This document shows, one piece after another, positions 58,054 to 64,000 of a stretch of 64,000 nt of DNA (position 1 is its first letter; the number at the start of each line of letters is the position of its first letter). This DNA is from a virus: the IMG/VR virus record IMGVR_UViG_3300034122_002094. One strand, 5' to 3'. Below the pieces are notes generated by a model, which ran no database searches, had not been told where the DNA came from, and worked only from the letters and a program-made list of their open reading frames with translations. A program made the translations under genes and the position numbers.

Positions 58054-59229
58054 TTGAGCACAACGACAAAGTCAGATGTCATCCGCGCCCTACTGGGCAA
58101 CCTTGAGAGCTTCTTGAACGAGATCAGCTATGAGCGGTCTCGCGAGATCGAGCTCATCATCGCTGTCATCGTGGCACGACAGCACATGTTCATGCTGGGA
58201 CCACCGGGTGTCGCCAAGTCCTACATCCTTGAGGAGCTGTCTCGCTGCGTCGAAGGCCGCTGCTTCAAGAAGCTGTTCTCGGCGATGACCGAGCTCTCAG
58301 AGGTCCTCGGTCCGATCGACCTCAAGGCTTTCGAGCAGGAAAACGAGCTGCGCTTCAACTACAAGGACATGCTCCCTGATGCGCACTTCTTCCTCGCTGA
58401 CGAGGTCTTCAAGGCCAACTCCGTGCTGCTGAACGCGCTGCTGGAGCTGCTGAACGAGCGCCGCTTCACCAACGGCAGCCAGCGCGTCAACACAGCCCTT
58501 GTCTCTGCCTTCGGCGCCTCGAATGAGCTCCCACAGGAGGGCCTTGAGGCCTTCTATGACCGCTTCCTCGTTCGCACCCAGGTGCTACCCATCCAGGACC
58601 CGCTGATGTTTGCCGAGTATGCTCGGGGCGGGCATATCGCAGCCAAGCGGCGGTGGGAGAACGGGGAGGATGGTCGCACCATGCCGAAGCTCACGCTCAA
58701 GATGCTGGAGTATGCGGCTGAAGAAGCATCGAAGGTCCTGGTGACTCCCGAGTTTGCCAACCACCTCTCCAAGCTGCGCCAGACGTTCAACCTCAAGCAC
58801 GGCGACGTCCAGATCTCTGACCGTCGCTGGGGTCAGGCCGTCCAATTTGCCAAGGCAAGCGCATGGATTGCCGGACGTGAGAAGCTCGTGCGTAACGACC
58901 TCTTCTACCTGCGCGACTGCCTGTGGGATGAGCCTTCGCAGCGTGGGCCGATCCAGAACACAATCGCTCAGGCTTGCGACCACTCGCTGGCCGACTTCCA
59001 GACAACGCTCAATGACATCAGAGCTGCCATCGCCACAGCTCGTCAGGCCTCTCGATACGCTGATGCCATGAAGCATCAGACTGCAATCAATGAGCTTGAC
59101 AAGATCATGCTGGCGATGCTAGAGAACGACCCGTCGCTCGGACTGTACTGCCGAGCTGCAATGCAGCAGCTCCAGTCAGATCGCAGACAGCTCAAAGAGC
59201 ATATCGAGACACTCGTCCAGAGGAAGTAA
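58054..59229 (+). CDS. MoxR-family AAA+ ATPase, RavA-like
   Basis: Walker A GPPGVAKS, Walker B FLADEVFKA, LNALLELLNERRF, GASNELP, YDRFLVR, ISDRRW. Confidence 0.9.
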   Translation: MSTTTKSDVIRALLGNLESFLNEISYERSREIELIIAVIVARQHMFMLGPPGVAKSYILEELSRCVEGRCFKKLFSAMTELSEVLGPIDLKAFEQENELRFNYKDMLPDAHFFLADEVFKANSVLLNALLELLNERRFTNGSQRVNTALVSAFGASNELPQEGLEAFYDRFLVRTQVLPIQDPLMFAEYARGGHIAAKRRWENGEDGRTMPKLTLKMLEYAAEEASKVLVTPEFANHLSKLRQTFNLKHGDVQISDRRWGQAVQFAKASAWIAGREKLVRNDLFYLRDCLWDEPSQRGPIQNTIAQACDHSLADFQTTLNDIRAAIATARQASRYADAMKHQTAINELDKIMLAMLENDPSLGLYCRAAMQQLQSDRRQLKEHIETLVQRK

Positions 59230-59230
59230 C

Positions 59231-59623
59231 ATGGCAGACATGAGCGCCGAGGCACTCGGCATCTACAACAAGCTCTCTCGCTTGCTGGTCGCTGCGGCGG
59301 TCCGCACTGGATATACAACAGAGGCGGATCTCTACTTCTCGATCGACGAGGCCAGCCAAAACAAGAAGGCGTCCAGTGGCGCCAGCGTGATCCTTGTCGT
59401 GGATGTCCGCAAGGTCGGCGCTCAGCGCTTCTTCAAGGTACTGGAGTCGCTGCTCGACGAAGATCTCGTGCTCGACTATCGCATCGAGTACCAGGCTTAT
59501 GCCAAGAGCCCGTTCGTCGGCGGCCTCTCGTTTGATCCCATCCGCGCTGCCGTCGAGTCTGAGCGCCGCACATACGCACTCTTCACCGAGCGCCAAGATA
59601 AGGAGGCTCCCGATGCTGATTAA
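59231..59623 (+). CDS. hypothetical protein
   Basis: Starts 1 nt after the ATPase stop. Confidence 0.65.
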   Translation: MADMSAEALGIYNKLSRLLVAAAVRTGYTTEADLYFSIDEASQNKKASSGASVILVVDVRKVGAQRFFKVLESLLDEDLVLDYRIEYQAYAKSPFVGGLSFDPIRAAVESERRTYALFTERQDKEAPDAD

Positions 59624-60017
59624 AAGCCTGAACACATGGCAGTTCAAAGCCCTGAACATCTCGCTGCTCGTCATGGCTTTCATCACACATGTGATGGGTG
59701 TGCCAGAGATCTCTCGGCTGTTTGTCCTCAGCTTCGCGCTGACCAACGCCTTCGAGATCGGCGTGCAAGCTGGTAGTGTCAAAGCCAGCGGTGCATTGAA
59801 TGCCTCAGAGATCAATAAAATCCATCGACATGTGATAAAGATCCATGTCGTCGGCCTCCTGGGCATTGCTTCGCTGGTCGTGACGCTCGTCATTGCTGCT
59901 CACATGACGGCGAATACGCCGTACCAGAACTTCTGGGACTTTGTCTTCAGCGGAGTATGCGTCGCTCACTACTGCTTGTTTGGCATCTATGCCATTCAGA
60001 GAGAGGAGCTCAATTGA
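59613..60017 (+). CDS. multi-pass membrane protein
   Basis: AGGAGG RBS; about 4 hydrophobic segments. Confidence 0.7.
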   Translation: MLIKSLNTWQFKALNISLLVMAFITHVMGVPEISRLFVLSFALTNAFEIGVQAGSVKASGALNASEINKIHRHVIKIHVVGLLGIASLVVTLVIAAHMTANTPYQNFWDFVFSGVCVAHYCLFGIYAIQREELN

Positions 60018-61221
60018 CTCAGTCAAAGTTGACGGTGATCGAGGGCGGCACAGATTGTACCCGGCTGCTCTACTACAACTGCCCTGTTCGTCATCCATCG
60101 CTCAAGGTCGAGATCGTCACAGATGAGCGCCACCAGCTTCTCTGTGAGATGATCTGGGCCTCTGGGCTGTTCGACGTCGAAGCGCTGGTTGGCCTGAAGA
60201 TCATGCCAGGTCCGTTCGAGCCGTCTGTCAGCAACGGGACAAGATCTCCCTGGAAGGTTGTCAGCCATCTCAAGTCTGACATCGTCTGGGGACCCACAGG
60301 CAACCCAGCAGCCGCAGTCGGTGAACGGCAGAACTATGATGGTCGTGCTGGCCTGACTTACTCGGCTGAGCTGGCCGCACAGCCTGTCGTTGTTGCGCTG
60401 GAAGGCCAGGAAACAGGCTATGCCTGCATCAACGTACTCGCCAATGAGAAATATGTTGGCAGGCTGGTTTATAGCTGGGACAACCTGGCTGATCCGCCTG
60501 TAAGCTTTGGTCTCAAGGCGCTCAAGACCGGTCTGCAAGAGTACAACGACAACGCCCTCAAACAGCGCCAAGCCTTCTTGCTGGAGAATCCATGAAAGAA
60601 AAATTAACCGTCATCGAAGGTGGGACAGAAGACCCCCTGCTGCTCTACTACAAACATGTCGTCATTCATCCATCGCCCTCCTACCAGATCATGTCTGATG
60701 ATCGTCATCAGCTCCTCTGCGAGATGGTGATCCAGAAAGGGATCTTCGAGATCGAGGCGATGGTCGGCAAAATGATGGACCCCAGCAAGCCATTCAAGCC
60801 CTGGGTTTGCAATGGCTTACGCAGTCCCTGGCGCCTCGTATGTCACAAAGTCGAGGAGGCTGGCGTCGACAACATCATCATCGCCAGGCCTCCAGCCCAG
60901 ATTGGTGATACCACTGTCCTGATCAGCATGGGCGGCATCACTGTCAAAGCTCGCATGGGCACCTCATGCGTCGCGATGCTTGTTGGCGTTGGCCAGATCT
61001 GTGGCGCCGCCATCGAAGTGTTGGTGAACGAGGATGTAGTGGGTGAGATCCATTACAGTTGGAACAACCTTGTAGATCCGCCCTTCGAGAAAGGCGATCT
61101 CATGGTAAGTAACGATGCCGCTCTTTACAATGCCTCGATCATCAAAGAGAGGTCCGACTTGATCGCTGCTGAGCGCTCCAAAATGAGACTTCCTTACAAG
61201 CAGTCCAAGAGACCCCTATGA
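60014..61221 (+). other. tandem paralogous genes 60014-60595 and 60592-61221
   Basis: Shared KLTVIEGGT, LLYY, HPS, DxRHQLLCEM, NGxRSPW, YSWxNLxDPP. Confidence 0.8.
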
Positions 61222-62504
61222 ATGAATGGATGGCTGAGATGGACAGGGATGTGTTTCTGCACTACGGCGCGAAGCACCTCTTTGTCGACGAATACAAAAA
61301 AGCTGAGCCTGCTATCCAAGAGCAAATCGTGGATCTGTACGGCTCTCTCTATCGTGGCAGGTCTCACGAGCTGATCGATGCAGCCAGGCATTCCAGCCAC
61401 TACTTCGACACCCACGTCGAGCTCAGTCGCGGAGATCCTTTCCACTCACTCTACATGAGTTATCTCGTCCACAAGTACGTCGATGAGCCCTATCAGGAGG
61501 CCAAAAAGAAAGGCTGCAAAGGCAATGAGCTTGGCGACTTGATGTCTGGCCTGATCAACGAGAAGGTCAAGCCAGAGCTCGATGCAGCGCTTGAGGCTCA
61601 TGCAGATCTCATGGACCTGCTTCAGTCTGAGAGAGGCGATCAGCCTGGCAACAGGGTCGATCAGATCACCGGCCAGACCCTGGAGGATCTCCAGCGGATC
61701 GTGGGTCTGTGCAGCGAGCCCAACTTTGCCGCTGTCATGAAGCTCATGGGCCGCTTCTTTCGCAGCTACTCTGCCATGTTCAAGACGCAGGTGTTCCCGA
61801 GCAACACGGTGCCGGTCGATGTCAAGTTCGGCAGGCAGATCTCTCATGTGTTGTCAAGTGAGCTCCTGGCGCTGGCCAATCCCTCTCTGCGCCGCCTGTT
61901 CCGTCTGAAGTTCGTCACTGGACGCCTGCTCCAATTCGACAAGGAGCACAAGGAGGGTAGCAATCGTGGACCGCTGTACCTGGCGCTTGACATCTCTGGC
62001 TCGATGAGCGCTGAGCTCAAACTTGATCAAGGCCTTCACGTCCATCGCTACCAGCTCGCCGCAGCGCTCATCCTCGTGCTCATGCGCATCTGCTACAAAG
62101 AGAAGCGTGAGTTTGAGATGTTCCTGTTTGGCAGCTCGACAAGGCACCTCTTCTCGTCGAAGGACTACCCGAGGTTGATCGATGCGATGGAGAAGCTCGT
62201 GAAGAGCTGCAAAGGCACAGATGGAACAGACATCAAAAGGTGCTTCAAATCACTGGTAGATTTCAAAGCCAGGGCTGGAGATACCATTCAGCCCGACTTT
62301 GTCATCATCTCTGACCTCGAAGACCAGTGTCCCATGACGACAGTTCAAGAGATCAATAATATGATCGGCGAAACTCGTTGCCATGCGCTCATCGTTCATG
62401 ATAGTCTTGATAGTGAGTGGAACAAGGTCTTTACGACCGTCACCGCTACCACCAACCCCGCCAACATGACCCAGTTCCTGGTCGACTCCACAAGGAAAAG
62501 ATAA
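61218..62504 (+). CDS. VWA-domain protein, ViaA-like partner of the MoxR ATPase
   Basis: GPLYLALDISGSM (MIDAS DxSxS), GTDI, DFVIISD; upstream G..ISHVLSSEL..L. Confidence 0.85.
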   Translation: MNEWMAEMDRDVFLHYGAKHLFVDEYKKAEPAIQEQIVDLYGSLYRGRSHELIDAARHSSHYFDTHVELSRGDPFHSLYMSYLVHKYVDEPYQEAKKKGCKGNELGDLMSGLINEKVKPELDAALEAHADLMDLLQSERGDQPGNRVDQITGQTLEDLQRIVGLCSEPNFAAVMKLMGRFFRSYSAMFKTQVFPSNTVPVDVKFGRQISHVLSSELLALANPSLRRLFRLKFVTGRLLQFDKEHKEGSNRGPLYLALDISGSMSAELKLDQGLHVHRYQLAAALILVLMRICYKEKREFEMFLFGSSTRHLFSSKDYPRLIDAMEKLVKSCKGTDGTDIKRCFKSLVDFKARAGDTIQPDFVIISDLEDQCPMTTVQEINNMIGETRCHALIVHDSLDSEWNKVFTTVTATTNPANMTQFLVDSTRKR

Positions 62505-62505
62505 T

Positions 62506-64000
62506 ATGATCATCAGCATCGACATGTTCATGACTCAGCCCGATCTGGATCGTCACGATCTGAAGGACGCCTCCGAGATCGGCTATGTGCTCCAGAAGAA
62601 CCCTGCCAACACCCATACCAAGGATCTCTCGTTTGGCAAAGCCCACCTGATGTTCGACATGGTGACAAAGCCTGATTTCATTCAGGACTTTCGCTGCGCC
62701 GACTACATCGAGCCTGGAGATCATCTGGGGCTCATGAGCTTCACGCTCATCCCTGTCATCGACGAGAACAAGATCGTGCGTGGTTCGGGCAGCTACAAGA
62801 CTCACCCTCTGGAGGCGTTCGTCAACGACACCGCGTTCACATTCGGCACGCACACAGCCACAGCGCTGGTCAAGATGTTCTCGAAGACCATGAACCGTGG
62901 TGTCGAGCATCCTCTGGCCGATGCGATCTTCAACTTCGTGGTTGACATCAGCAACGTCGTCATCGAAGACGAGAGCGACGTTCGTTATCTGAGGAGTCTG
63001 TTCAACCATATGGGCGCGCTGGCTGTCAAAGATCCCGAGGGCGATCACGGCATCCATTACTCCTACCTCCACTTTCAGTCTGACGATCATGTCCATCGGA
63101 CGCTGTACAGCCAGCGCGACAAAGCCGTCATGTTCGCCAAGGGTTCGCTCCCAGCGCATGGCCTGACAAACATGGTGCTTGAGTATCGTGGCACCACTGC
63201 TGATCTGCTCTCGTTCGTGTATCTGCTCGGGCACCTGCTCGACAGGAACAAGCACTACTACATGGGCGCCGATGAGATGGAGCGCTTCGATCGGTTCTGT
63301 CGCCCTGTGTTGTTCCCGAGTCAGGAGCGTCTGGACGCGGTCTTCGGTCACGAGGGCAAGCGCTTTGTGGCGGATGTCATCCGCGAGAGCTGTGACAGGT
63401 TCTTCGCAGGCAACAAGCAGCTCGCCAATGCAGCGTTCGACTCCTTCTCTGACTACCTGGCCGTCAAAGCCGATGCAGAAGAGGTCGAGGAGGCCCCAAA
63501 GAGCTCTTCTGAGACCACCGAAGAGCTCTCCCTTCATGAGCGTCGGCACAAGGCGATCCTGTCGCTCCTGGACCGTGTGAAGCTGCCTCAGCCATACACC
63601 ATCGTCGATGCTGGCTGCTCGACTGGTCAGCTCATGAAGAAGCTCGCGAAGTGGGGCGAGGATCAGCCCAAGCGTCCGAACCTGATCGGCATTGATCCAG
63701 GAATGAAGAACGTCGGCATCGTCAAGCGCAAGCTCGCGCGCACCGGAGCGCCCGGCGCTGTCTATCAGAGCTCGATTCGCCACCGCGACTCCCGGCTGCG
63801 CGATCTGTGTGACGTCATGATCTTATCGGAGGTCATCGAGCACCTGGATCTGTCCGACGTCAGCCAGGCCATCGAGGTCATCAAGTGGTATGCTCCCGAG
63901 GTGCTGATCGTGACGACGCCCAACAAGGCATACAACTCTGTGCTGCATGAGAAGTATGCTGCTCCAGGCACCCCCAAGCGCGAGTTCCGTCACTGGGACC
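62506..64000 (+). CDS. hen1: bacterial-type Hen1 3'-terminal RNA 2'-O-methyltransferase (3'-truncated)
   Basis: Hand translation: N-domain EIGYVLQKNP...LSFGKAH, LEAFVND, DRNKHYYMG.DE; MTase SLHERR, IVDAGC, RDSRL, EVIEHLD, VTTPN..YN, FRHWD. Absent from the ORF track because no stop occurs inside the window. Confidence 0.9.
   Translation, partial: MIISIDMFMTQPDLDRHDLKDASEIGYVLQKNPANTHTKDLSFGKAHLMFDMVTKPDFIQDFRCADYIEPGDHLGLMSFTLIPVIDENKIVRGSGSYKTHPLEAFVNDTAFTFGTHTATALVKMFSKTMNRGVEHPLADAIFNFVVDISNVVIEDESDVRYLRSLFNHMGALAVKDPEGDHGIHYSYLHFQSDDHVHRTLYSQRDKAVMFAKGSLPAHGLTNMVLEYRGTTADLLSFVYLLGHLLDRNKHYYMGADEMERFDRFCRPVLFPSQERLDAVFGHEGKRFVADVIRESCDRFFAGNKQLANAAFDSFSDYLAVKADAEEVEEAPKSSSETTEELSLHERRHKAILSLLDRVKLPQPYTIVDAGCSTGQLMKKLAKWGEDQPKRPNLIGIDPGMKNVGIVKRKLARTGAPGAVYQSSIRHRDSRLRDLCDVMILSEVIEHLDLSDVSQAIEVIKWYAPEVLIVTTPNKAYNSVLHEKYAAPGTPKREFRHWD

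Noticed and set aside
62446-63783. 445-aa - strand ORF, and similar long antisense ORFs (33137-34195, 47335-48285, 40643-41536)
   Set aside because: They are antisense shadows of well-supported + strand genes in GC-rich codon-biased DNA.

Overview
The window looks like 64 kb of a large dsDNA phage genome. It is densely packed with short, mostly + strand ORFan genes and sigma70-type promoters, and I found no structural, packaging or integrase genes. Recognisable proteins: T5orf172/GIY-YIG, XRE HTH, GNAT, DUF3307, RHH, LCM-type SAM methyltransferase, metallophosphoesterase, Gp88-like, YunG-like, a RavA-like MoxR AAA+ ATPase, a ViaA-like VWA protein, and a bacterial-type Hen1 RNA-repair 2'-O-methyltransferase. 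Hen1 runs off the right edge and is absent from the ORF track. There are two tRNAs (Arg-TCT, Glu-TTC). The non-coding signals are the most striking. (1) A 62-64 nt intercistronic element in 5 copies has two competing, covarying helices and sits between a stop codon and the next RBS. (2) About 10 copies of one promoter cassette. (3) An island at 10.8-17.6 kb of monocistronic units in both orientations carries TTRTATCGAA boxes, two DnaA-box triads and a candidate sRNA, reminiscent of a T5-like terminal-repeat/pre-early region. (4) A structured RNA ends in an aberrant tRNA-like cloverleaf. (5) A cluster of ten GTGTACCG repeats looks origin-like. All family calls are by-eye motif recognition; no searches or folding programs were run.
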